Positions 35,968 to 47,032 of a DNA stretch of 64,000 nucleotides are shown here, in pieces (within the stretch, counting starts at the first letter, position 1; every line of letters starts with the position of its first letter). The translations under genes and the position numbers were made by a program. Location: contig JANJGN010000026.1 in NCBI GenBank assembly GCA_026770705.1, forward strand, positions 38,254,001-38,318,000. Reading direction: 5' to 3'. Under the pieces are notes generated by a model that worked only from the letters and a program-made list of their open reading frames with translations, was not told the origin of the DNA and did not search any database. The stretch is from Isurus oxyrinchus. Lineage: Eukaryota.

Positions 35968-36147
35968 GCCCAGGTGCTGTAGGCTCATCAAGGTGATGTT
36001 TCTCCAGATGATTTTCTGCTCCGGCTCAGTTTTCCGTTGCCTGTTGTCCACAGCCGAGCTGGGGGCTCCTCCATTCAGCTCCACCACTTCCACCTCCTCC
36101 TCTTCATTTCCATCGATCCTGTCCCAATTCTCCAGATTGATCAGCTT
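35968..36147 (-). pseudogene. SCD: Stearoyl-CoA desaturase N-terminal fragment (SCD5-like)
   Basis: ..EPEQKIIWRNITLMSLQHLG resembles SCD5 QNIVWRNVVLMSLLHLG and SCD1 YVWRNIILMSLLHLG; no start codon, ends abruptly in the repeat tract. Confidence 0.75.
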
Positions 36148-36544
36148 TCAGTAACACCGGCTGTGTAAAGTTAGGCAGCAGTGTAGATCGCTGGCCAGCT
36201 GCTTTAATGCCGATGCCTTTCTTTGAGAAACCCATGTCAGTACACGAATAGGCAGACTGAGGGGGCTGGAGGGGAAGGTTACAGCAAAACCAGGATGGAC
36301 CGTGCATGCATCTTGCACCAACTGTGCACTGGTATTGGGGATCCAGCCGGCTGTGGTCTCCGTCACATCCCTCCCCTTTCCTTGCTTCTTTGTGTTTGGT
36401 TCAACACTTGGCAATTCTCCACATATATAGTGATTTCACCTGTGTAATTTCATTTTACACAAAAAGGCATCAGAAATGGAACAATGAACACGCATGCAGC
36501 TTAACGGATTTTCATTCTGCAGTTAGCATTTTCAGCCCACTTCT

Positions 36545-36748
36545 GTGTGTGAGAATGTGTGAGTGTCTGTGTGATAAAGAGAGAGAGAGAGTGCATGCAA
36601 GTGTTTGTGTGTTTTTAAGAGAGAGAGAGAGACAGAGACAGAGAGAGATGGAGTGTGTGTGAGAGAGAGTGTGTGTGTGTGTGAGATAGGGAGTATATGC
36701 GTGAGAGTGTGTGAAATGGAGAATGTGTGTGTGGGAGAGAAAGACTGC

Positions 36749-36782
<34 letters not shown>

Positions 36783-37510
36783 GTGTGTGTGAGAGGGGGA
36801 AAGTGTGTTTTTCTGTGCATGTCATAGGGAGTATAAGTGTGAGAGTGTCTGAGATAGGGAAATGTATGTATAAGAGTGCGCTGCTGTGTGTGTGTGAGAG
36901 TTAGAGAGAGAAAGAGAGAGAGAAAGAGAGTGTGTAGGGGTGTGAGTGATTGGTCGTATAAATGTGTGAGAGAAAGTGTGTGAGAGAGTGAACGTGTGTG
37001 TGGGAGAGAAAGAGTGTGTGAAAGAGAGAGCCAATGTTTGTATCAGAGAGAAAGAATGAGAGAGAGCGCAGGTGTGAGAGAAAGTGTGTGTGAGAGGGAA
37101 TGTGTTTGTGTTTCTGTGTGTGAGAGAGAGAGAATGGAGAGTGTGTACATGTGTGAGAGTGTGTATGTGTGTGGGAGAGACGATGCATGTATGTGAGAGA
37201 GAGAGAGTGGGTGTGCGTAAAAGTGAGGGAGTGTGCATGTGTTTGTGAATGTGAGAGAGAGTGCATGTGTGAGAAAGAAAGATTGCATGTGTGTGTGAGA
37301 GAGATAGTGTGCACCTGTGTTAGAGTGTGTATATTTGAGAGAGCATGTGTATGAGAGAATGTGAGTGTCTGTGTGAGAGTGTGTGTGAAAGAGAGAGGCA
37401 ATGTGTGAGAGACAGAATGTGTACAAGTTAAAGAGAATTTGTGTGTGAGCGGGAAAATGTGAGACTGTGTGTGTGTGACAAAGAGAGCGGGTGTGACAGA
37501 GAGAGTGAGC
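36545..37510. repeat. Mixed (GA)n/(GT)n degenerate microsatellite
   Basis: Direct observation. Confidence 0.9.
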
Positions 37511-38389
37511 GATTGAGGGTCTGTGGTAAAGACACTGAGTGTATCGAGGTAGAGTAGCCATGATCTTACTGAATGGAGGACAGGATCGAAGGGCCGAATG
37601 TCCTCTTGGTCCCTTATTTCTGTCATTCATTCCTCCCCCTGCAGGCGGCAATCCAATGACTCAGTTTTTGATGGCTGCTCCTTTTCCCCAAATCCCCCAC
37701 GGCTGGCTATTTGGAGCGGGAGGATGGTCATTGTCCATTTCAATTGTTTAAATAACTCGCAGCCCCTGATCAGATCAGAACAGGCGCTGCCCTCTGGAAA
37801 CTCACTGTCCCTCCCTGATTCTGAAATTGTGCTCAAGTTCAGCTCACTCACATTCAATGATTTTCTGATACTCAAAATGCTGAAACATAATTAATTCATT
37901 AAAATTTATACATATTCGCTCCAGAAATATGGTTAAAAACAATTAATGTGTGTCATTTCAAGCGAGCAATGGAGCAATTTATTTTCACAGATCTGGCTAG
38001 AGGACTCACAGCCAATTACTGATTCAGTTTGTTTGACATCTGCGGGGAAAAGACTGTCTGGTCAGTAACAGGACAAGTTAAGATATGGATTAAATCCCCC
38101 ACTCCTCCTCCGGTACACTCCTGTCATCAGCTGCAAGGGTGGGATTCAACAGAAAGCCAACTCTCCACTGAACTGCCAAACACTCCGGGGCAGGTACAGT
38201 ACTGGTTTGATATAAAATAAAACTCCCTCTACATTGTCCTATGAAGTATGCCCAGAAGAGGGTTCAATCCAGTTTCGATATAAATGCTGTGGCTGCAAGA
38301 GGTGGTCAGAGGCTGGGAATTCACTGGCGAGTAATTCACCCAAAGACAACCCACCATCTACATGTCACAAGTCTGGACTGGGATTGAAT

Positions 38390-38880
38390 AGTTTTCACTT
38401 GCCTCAATGAGTGAAACTTCAACAAACCCCAAGAAACCCGAAACTATCCAGGACAAAGCAGCCCACAGAATTGGTAGCCCATCCACTTAAACATTCACAC
38501 CCTCCCCCACAGACGCACAGTGAGAGCAGTATGTACCATATACAGGATGCACTGCAGCAACTCGCCAAGGCTCCTTCAGCAGCACCGTCAAAACCTGCAA
38601 CCTCTCCTAACTAGAAGGACAAGGGCAGCAAGTGCTTGGGAACACTGCCACCTGTACGCGCCCCTCCAAGGCACCCACCATCCTGACTTGGAATGATATC
38701 ACCGTGTCTTCACTCTCAATATGTCAAAATCCTGGAAATCCTTTCCTAACAGCACTGTGAGTGAACCTGCAGCTATTCAAGGAGGCGGCATTTCAACACT
38801 TCCTCAAGGGGTAATTAGGGATGGACAACAAATGCTGGCCTTGCCAGCGACCCCAACATCCTATGACAGGATTAAAAATA
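38390..38880 (+). mobile_element. CR1-group LINE 3' end (tail shared with SINEs)
   Basis: IQDALQQLAKAP-type end and tail identical in style to 27950-28112. Confidence 0.65.
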
Positions 38881-41800
38881 AGATACAGGCTAATTTCTTA
38901 TTCCATATTGTCCAACCAAATAGGTCAAGGACTGCTACAGCACGGATTAAAAGAGGATAAAACTCTCTCTGCATTGCCTAACCGAACACTCCCAAGACAG
39001 ATATATCACTGGTTTACAATCAACCAAATCTCCTTCAACAGTTTGTCTGTCATTTCTGAATTGTCCTTTCTGACTGTCACAATGGGTTCGGCATCTCATT
39101 TCTGAGGTGCCTGGTCAAAAAGTCAAACTTTCACATTTCTCACAGATACAAGTTTTTTGAAGAAATAAATCAAATTACACTTCCTGAAATACAGGAGAGT
39201 GAACCAGACGGTTTTCAACCAGTCAGGAAGATTCTTGGTCCCAGCACAATGAGCACACGCACTGAAACAGAACAGACACAAATGGTGCAACAAGCGAGTT
39301 CCCAGCAGAGAGATCTGTTCAATCTGTCCATTTCACTCAAGCTGTTTGATTCTAATTGATCAACGGTCAATTTACTACAATTATTCTATAACTTCTTTGA
39401 AATTAATCTGATTTTCATTTCAAACTTCCCTTTTAAGTCCATCTAATTCTCTCTGATCTGTCTCGAATCTCCAAATAATATAGGATTTAAGTTACCCTGA
39501 AAATGAGCACAGCAAAAATTACAGGTTCAAGATAATTTGGTGTCCATAACAGAGACTCAATGACAGGGTAAGAATTAAACAAATCAGGAAACATTCATAT
39601 TGAAAACCGATTACCCGCTGATTTGATTTGATTTTAGGTATGAATAGAACCAATAAAAACATCAAGGCGGAATTCCTTACCGATCTGAGCACAGCTGAGT
39701 AAGAAAAGTATTCTTTTCTAAATTAATTTCGGATTCAATTAAAAATTCTCTCCATTGAGATTTTGCATTCATTATAATGACCATTATACTATTTAGTTGT
39801 TGGAGCACATTTATGTTGAATTAATTATCACTAATATTATATTGTAAGCTAATGATCTTGTTATTGCCGACTCATTTTCTTGTCAGCTGATTTCTACTCT
39901 ATAATATTAAAAATGGTTTTCAAAAATTGAAAATTTGTTTCTCCCTGGTACTTAGTGAAATAATTGGGGTTTATTTAAATCAACCTGACACTGAAACAAT
40001 GTTAAACAATAAACTGCAAATTGCTAGATGGTAACATTCAGGCAAGTGTATCAATTTTACTTAAATCTAAGCACGATATACGATTTTGCTTCTACTTCTA
40101 CTGCTCTGATTTAACCAACAATATTGCAAGCTATGCGTGTTTCCGAACGCATTGAGAAATCATAAATTCCATCTATTCTCATCGAGTAATTCACAGGGTG
40201 AATTTATCAGTGGAATATTGGAAATACTTTCAAATCTGGCCGGGTTCACATCGCATTAAGTGTCGATGAGCTGTAATATCATCTGTTTGCTAAAGGAAAC
40301 TTTTCTTAACTCCAAACTATATGTAAGAAAATGTTCCTGGCAGTTACTTATTATCAATAAAATGTTTCCTTGATAAAAATCCCTATTCTTTAATTGTTAC
40401 ATTTTTGTTCATTGAAAGAAGATCCAAACTGATCAATATAAAACTTGATGAGAACAGTTCATTCATATCATCTGTGACACTGAAATATAATCAGCAAATT
40501 GAATCGAGATTTTGTTCTTCAATTTAATATTTAATAAGAATTAAGCATGAATCTCAGATATAATCTGTTCTTCTCCTATAATCCTAACCTGTGCACAGTA
40601 CAGCTCTGATAGACAGGATGTTGTTATTAAAATCAAAACTAACATTAATGTTTGCAATTAAATTAATTTGTTCTAATTTCAAGCCTTTCCTTGTCAATCT
40701 CTATTCATATGCAATCTGCACCTTCCTACAGTTCAAAAAAACGTAAGAACAATTCATTTACTGCCAGCGAATTCCACCCCTCACCCCCACCAACCCCAGA
40801 AAACTGTTTAAGATTAGATTAGTGACAATTGTCTCGCTATCCAAATCCCAATGACATTGAAGGAATAATATGGTTACAGCTGCACAGAAAGAACGTAACA
40901 ACCGGATAGACACATTGCCAAACTGAAATGTCAAACTCCTCTTTAAGTCAATGCAACCGTTATCAGCGATATAACAAATAATTCAAAATCCCATGTGAAA
41001 TTGACCAAATTTGTAGAATCAGTATATTCTTATTGAAATTGTTTCATTAATAAATCACAAAATGTTTCCAGCCTAAAAACTTTCCCGAGCATGTTAATTG
41101 TGCGCAGTGCCCAACAAAATTATGAAAGGCCGATTAATGATCAATTATGTTAATATGAAAGCTGTTCAGTTAATATAGAGAAATATTACCACATTATAAT
41201 TGTTTGAATTGTATTAGTTTTACTCTACAACTTGAAAATGTGGTAATTATATAGTTTCTGATTGCAGTAACGAATTATATTCTGAATGAGCGCCATAATC
41301 CATGGTTTAGTTTAATCTGCAATTATCACTTAAAATAAAGACAACATGTTCTAACACATCTTTAAGAGCTTTTTTCCCATTTCTGAAACCTGTCTGTTTT
41401 CTGCCTACAATCGCGCTTCAAGCAGATACGAACGCGGAGGCTGCTTCGATTCAATCGCAAAACGTGTAACCGCTCAATATCACCGAGTTTAAACAAAGCA
41501 GAAACAATGCAGAACCGCCAAACCGTTTCATAAATTCTACTTGTTCAAAGTCACCCAGACACACAATCTCCTCAGCAGAAAAACACCAAATCACATCACT
41601 GAGGGGCTGAAACCCGTTTCATGGAGAAGCAGCTCAATTCTACAAACACTTCCAACAGAATCCAATGTAATATTGCAAGAAAATCTCAATATCGAATCCA
41701 GACAACCGCTCGTCACCAAATGAATGAATAATTAAACTAAACAGAAATATGGAATAATGTCAACAGCATTGTGAGTAGGCGGAACATGTTCAATAAATTA

Positions 41801-42215
41801 ATATTGAAACTTAAGCATATTTTGTTAACATTGGGTTTGATTTCAAACTTGTTTAATCCCTTGTGCAACAGATGGTAAAACCCGCAGCCATTAGATGTCA
41901 CCGAGATTAAACATTGCAGAAACGTCGAACTGTTTTTACAAACGTTAGATGTTTCAAGAAGCCCGGCCACACAGTATCCTCAGCAGATAAATACCAAATC
42001 ACAACAACCAGGGTCTCAATCCCTCAGCAACATTTTTTATCAAGACACAGCGGAATTACATAACTCAATTTCAGCAGAATCACATGAAACATTGTAAAAA
42101 TTCTGCATACAGAATCCATCAAACCCAGGTTTCGTTGGCTGAATGAATTATTAAAATAGACAAAAAAAACAAACACTCAAATAAAACAGTTACTAAATAA
42201 ATGTGTGGTTCTTAC

Positions 42216-42263
42216 CTGCAGTCACCGTCACCATGGTCCCTTGTCCCCAGTAGTCCATCCCGT
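42216..42263 (-). CDS. IGHJ: Ig heavy-chain J segment (germline)
   Basis: GMDYWGQGTMVTVTA|gtaaga; WGxG motif, phase-1 donor. Confidence 0.97.
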
Positions 42264-42302
42264 CACAGTGTTACATTCCCTGGGCTGTGCCATACAATAA
42301 CT
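42264..42302 (+). other. JH recombination signal, 23-bp spacer
   Basis: CACAGTG-23-ACAATAACT. Confidence 0.93.
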
Positions 42303-42631
42303 GTCCCTGCACCAAAAAGACAGAAATCCACCATTATTTTAAATATTCCTAAGTCAGAGGCAAAGGGAGGTCACGATGAATCTTCGCGAAATTATATTTG
42401 CGTTTGTAGATATCTGTAGCTACTCATCAATGATCCTCGAGTTTTATAATTCACAGAATAACACATGAACATGTTATTGAATTCACCAATTGATGAATGG
42501 ATAATTATCACAGCTTTTCCATCTTAAACCAGGTTTTTTGGGCAGTGCTGGACAAAAATAATACTTCATTGTAAATATAGCAGGATTGTAAAAGCGAGCA
42601 CTGACCCAGGCAGACTCAATTAGTGCTGAGG

Positions 42632-42659
42632 GGTTTTTGTATTGACAGTAACTGCTGTG
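42632..42659 (-). other. D2 3' recombination signal, 12-bp spacer
   Basis: CACAGCA-12-ACAAAAACC. Confidence 0.92.
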
Positions 42660-42672
42660 CCATCCAGCATAT
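42660..42672 (-). CDS. IGHD: Ig heavy-chain D2 segment ATATGCTGGATGG
   Basis: 13 nt between two 12-RSS; frames ICWM / YAGW / MLD, no stops. Confidence 0.92.
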
Positions 42673-42700
42673 CACAGTGAGAGACACCATGTCAAATACT
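42673..42700 (+). other. D2 5' recombination signal, 12-bp spacer
   Basis: CACAGTG-12-TCAAATACT. Confidence 0.88.
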
Positions 42701-43005
42701 GCGGCAGACTGTTAACTGTAAATACAGAGATTTAATTTCACTGCGCTCTCAAAAACCTGATTCCGACTCACCTAAGTGTGAATCAGTGAGGTATTTCAGC
42801 CTGTGCTGGTCATTATATTTTAAATGTGACTGGAGGTCTTTAAAAGCCTCTGTGAAGATTTAGCGTGTCCGTAAACACAAAGCGGAATACTTTTATATAT
42901 TTTTGCAAACCAATATTACTTATACCCATTATTTTATTTAGCTCCCATTTTCTTTGACTTTTCCTGTTGTGATAGTGATCACCAATTTGAACAAACTCCT
43001 TCTGA

Positions 43006-43043
43006 AGTTTTTGTAAGAGGATGTCGCTGTGCACAGCACTGTG
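43006..43043 (-). other. D1 3' recombination signal, 22-bp spacer
   Basis: CACAGTG-22-ACAAAAACT. Confidence 0.92.
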
Positions 43044-43057
43044 ACCCCCTGTAGTAT
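43044..43057 (-). CDS. IGHD: Ig heavy-chain D1 segment ATACTACAGGGGGT
   Basis: 14 nt between 12- and 22-RSS; frames ILQG / YYRG / TTGG. Confidence 0.92.
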
Positions 43058-43085
43058 CACAGTGAAATACACCCGCACAAAAACT
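43058..43085 (+). other. D1 5' recombination signal, 12-bp spacer
   Basis: CACAGTG-12-ACAAAAACT. Confidence 0.93.
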
Positions 43086-43455
43086 GCACCCACTCTCTGT
43101 TCAGTGCTGCCTCGCAATATTTACTTCAAATAGACGTTTACTTCTGATCTAGTTTAGTATTTATGCAGCAATTTACAAAACTCAATGAATAGTGATCCCG
43201 TCCAAGTATCAGACATATTCAAATGAACATTATAGCTATGTCTGTAATTGTGGAAACTATTAACAGTAAATGTAAGCACAGCCAAAAGCTCAGCCCATTA
43301 TATCAATTGGTTTGTTAGGTTTTATAGTTAAATTTGCTGCTTTACTTTGGTCAGAAGCGACTAGTTGTCGGGTTCTGATCATTACAGTTAATATTACATT
43401 TAAAACAAGTACTGACCGTCAGGTTACGATGGCAGTTGTTGAGTTTCTCTCGATC

Positions 43456-43494
43456 TGTTCTTGTTCGGGTCCAGCCCTGGTTCCTCTCGCTGTG
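43456..43494 (-). other. VH recombination signal, 23-bp spacer
   Basis: CACAGCG-23-ACAAGAACA directly after YYCTRD. Confidence 0.9.
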
Positions 43495-43799
43495 GTCTCT
43501 TGTACAGTAATAGATGGCGGTGTCTTCAGTCTTCAGGCTCGTCATGTCCAAGGAGAAGATGTTCCTTGAAGTGTCTTTGGACGCAGTGAATCGATTCTTA
43601 ATTGCTGGGGCATAGTTGTTGCTGGATGAACTATAGTACCAAAGCAGCCACTCCAGCCCCTGTCCGGGAACCTGTCGGACCCAACACATGCCGTAGCTGC
43701 CAAGATTGAAGCCGCTGGTTTTACAGGTCAGTCTCAGGGAGCCTCCGGGACGCCCGGTCTCTGCCTCTGGCTGAGTCAACACAACCTCCGACTGAACAC
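43495..43799 (-). CDS. IGHV: Ig heavy-chain V exon (germline, open)
   Basis: cag|[28 protein letters not shown]36..[10 protein letters not shown]; canonical Cys22, Trp36, YYC. Confidence 0.98.
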
Positions 43800-43928
43800 C
43801 TGTAAAAATAAATCAAAAACCCCGAGGATTAATCCTGGTGAAATGATTTCTGACTCTGTAACATTCCAGAGAGAGACTAACACTGAGACAGTAACAGTGA
43901 GAGACTTGGACAATAAAAAACTACTCAC

Positions 43929-43974
43929 GGGATAAGAAAGTCAGCAACAAACTGAGAGAAATCGCCGACCTCAT
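43929..43974 (-). CDS. IGHV: VH leader exon
   Basis: ATG..MRSAISLSLLLTFLS C|gtgagt, phase 1, joins V exon in frame (..SRVQS). Confidence 0.95.
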
Positions 43975-44059
43975 CGTTTTGGTCATTTGGGGAAAATGGT
44001 TCTGTCCAGAACTCAGTGAACAAACCAGCTCCCGGACTGTTGGATTCCGGCCCCAGTGA

Positions 44060-44125
44060 GTGGCATTTAAATACCCGGCAGAAAGGGGCGGGTTTCCAGG
44101 CGCCGCCTATTGATTCCCTGGTGGA
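44060..44125 (-). promoter_or_regulatory. VH promoter
   Basis: TATTTAAA at 44066-44073, GC box at 44085-44092, local CpG enrichment; no exact ATGCAAAT octamer. Confidence 0.65.
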
Positions 44126-45899
44126 GGCGGCGACTGGATCCATGCCCCACCTTCCAAATCCCCAACAGAATGGACTCGATATTTACAATAAGTTATTGTG
44201 AAAAGTGGAAATTTTATCTGTATCGGGATATTTGGCTGAATGGATTCATTGTAATGTCTCCATTGGTTCTAATGGCGAAATTGCATTTGAGCGTCTATTA
44301 ATAAAAATCTAATTCCATTCTAAATTAAGTCCATTTATTTCTACACTACTGCCCCCGGGGTTGAGCCTAAAAAAATTACATTATCAGGGAATAAAGGTCA
44401 GTCTGTTTTGCAGCAACGCCGGGTCTATATCTCACTACAATAATTAAGCGTCATCAGTCATAGGAATTATTATTGATTTTTGTAACTAAATGCGGGGGAT
44501 GAACAAAATGATTCTATTTACAGCCAAGGTGGCTATCGCTGTTCAATTTGGATCCGAAGATAAGAAGAATCTCCTCACATTATACAATGCCTCTCCTTGC
44601 ATTTCTCGATCTGCCCAGTTCCAAAGACAGTCCTGTGAAAATTAGCGATAAAAGAAGCCCGCCTGCCTGATAAGTCAACAGTAAGCTTACAGAGAAACGT
44701 AAAATTTACATCAACTTTTGACAAAGAAGTTAATGAATCAGAACAGACACGGAGATCAGAAAAGTTATCCTTCAGCATCCAAATCATTGCAGCTAATTTT
44801 ATTGGCCTCCCGCTGTCTACCATTCACTGGTATTGGGAACACAGGATATCAGGACTTTGCGGCATATTACACAATATCACAAGAATAAATGTTTTATCTT
44901 CCACTGAAGCTGGTCACGAACTTATCATTTCTCCACTCATTGGCAGCTATGAGAGGGACTGTTAAATAATCGCAATCATCACAAAGTAAACTGTACAGTT
45001 CACGGTACTAATGAGGTTTAAGGGACACCACAGGCTAAATGAGGTGCACAACTGGAGGAATATTCAAGGAATTCCTGCAGGTTCAATACAATTCTATGAT
45101 GTTCTTTTAATTTAATTTATTTTAATTTTTTTCCATTCTACTTAGCTCATTAGACTGGGGGATTGAGACCATCAACATCGCTCTCTCGCACTCCATGAAG
45201 TTCTTAATAAACCGGCTTTAATAACTGGAATGCCCTTTACTTAGAAATAATATAAATTAAGTAATATGTGGTGAATTTAATATTTTCTGATCGAGTTTAA
45301 TTTCACAGTGAACACGGCATTCATTCAAATATTTCCTTTAATGAAGTACCATTTAAAATGTGCCTTTCGTGTGCCACAGAAATATTTATTGTTTGAATGG
45401 CTAAAACCATTTTGTTCAATCATATCCCGGCTAATCCAACCCACACAGTATTTGGAAGCAAGCCAGCCAGCTGCAGTCAGGGAGGCTCGAATGTCCGATG
45501 TTGTTTACAGGAAGCATCTGGGGGGTTTGTGCAGTTAATCAAAGATCTGTTTCCTCAGAAGTGGCCGCTTGGCTGCAAGCCAACTTCAAACCCTTAGCAT
45601 TGTCAACAAGGCCTATTTATAAACAAATCTACCCAGCAACAACACTGGAGTCAGTTTTATTTTTTAAGTTGTGAACCTATGTGAACTGTTTCCATCTCTC
45701 AGGGAAGAAAAGTTATCCAGCTTCTCTGACATCCTGTTAGCAACAATAGCTCATTGGAGGATCTCTCCAACACATCATAAAAGTCTGATGGATGGATGGA
45801 AAGAATTACAGACAGACTATTAGAGAGGACTCAGAGAGAGGACACATGTTTTTAACAGTCAAACATATACATTTGTGTGATTTTTTTGCCCCTTTACTC

Positions 45900-46260
45900 T
45901 TTCACGGGTTGTGGGAGTCATTGGCAAGGCCAGCATTTGTTGCCTGTCTCTAACTGCCTTTGAACTGAATGCCTTGCTCGGCCATTTCAGAGGGCAGTTA
46001 GAGTCCATCATGTTGCTGCGGATCTGGAGTCACATGTAGGCCAGACTAGGTACAGTGGCAGATTTCCTTTCCTGAAGGACATTAGTGAATCAGATGAGTT
46101 TTTTTCCACAATCGATGGTGGTTTCACGGTTTCCTTCACTGGACCAGCTTTCAATCCCAGATTTATTATTGAATTTAAATTCCACCAGCTGCTATGGTGG
46201 GATTTGTATTCGTGTCTTTGTTGCTTATCCAGTGACATTAATACAACACAACCATCTGCC
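45900..46260 (-). mobile_element. tRNA-derived SINE
   Basis: Reverse complement of the 6630-6945 family. Confidence 0.65.
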
Positions 46261-47032
46261 AAAGAATGGAGGGATGAATGGTAGTTGGATGCCTGAATAT
46301 TTTGATTAAGGAATCAATGAATGGGTTGACCGATGTATGGATCGGCGCGCCTGAAAAATGCTCTTCTACCTTCCCATCTTGGTGCATGACTACTTAATAT
46401 CTTGAAGCAGGTTCAGTATTTTATTTCTATGAGTCTAATACCTTCAGTGTCTCCAGATTTTCTGGATGTATTCCATCCCCAGGCTAACGAGCTAAAGTCA
46501 CAAGAGAAGGCTGGAGATGTCCCTGCAGTACTGATGATTCTTCCCTGCTGATGGTAAATCATCATCTTTCAGACAGAAAGCGGGTACATAATTCGGTTTA
46601 GGATGGAGGATTGTAATATTTGAAATATGTGGTCCTTGCATGTACAACAAAACATTCAACATATCTTCACCCAAATTAGTGAAGGTAACATATATTACTC
46701 ACTGGAGAGACGCATTAACTTACAGTCAGGTCCAGGTAGTTTTCTTTATACCATCACTTTACAAATCCTCACACACTCCAGTTACATATCAGGAGTTTCT
46801 GTGTGATGATGAGGTGATTACTTGTCAATAAAGCGCAGAGGCTGCTGGGTAGCTGCTCATTAACCTCGGTCTGATTTAATTCCATTTCCCACTGAATTCT
46901 GGGACAGATGTAATTCATTGCTGACAGAATGGTCAATGCGATCTCAATCAATGTTAATGATATTAAATGAATCGCAATTACATTTGAATGGAATAAAATG
47001 CTGAAAATGATTGGTTCATGCAATTATTAATC

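Noticed and set aside
36512-37651. Multiple overlapping ORFs
   Set aside because: GA/GT microsatellite translations.
43025-43038. Fossil germline signal joint (V heptamer CACAGCG fused to D2 heptamer CACAGCA)
   Set aside because: Bases beyond each heptamer do not match the V or D2 spacers; kept only as a nested-heptamer observation.
24150-43974. IgW, IgNAR or IgM1gj identity
   Set aside because: Four C domains with CH1 light-chain Cys and IgM tailpiece, two D segments, unjoined V-D-D-J and CH2 present.
44279-44286. Octamer-like ATGCAATT upstream of VH
   Set aside because: One mismatch, about 210 bp from the TATA-like box, expected by chance in AT-rich DNA.
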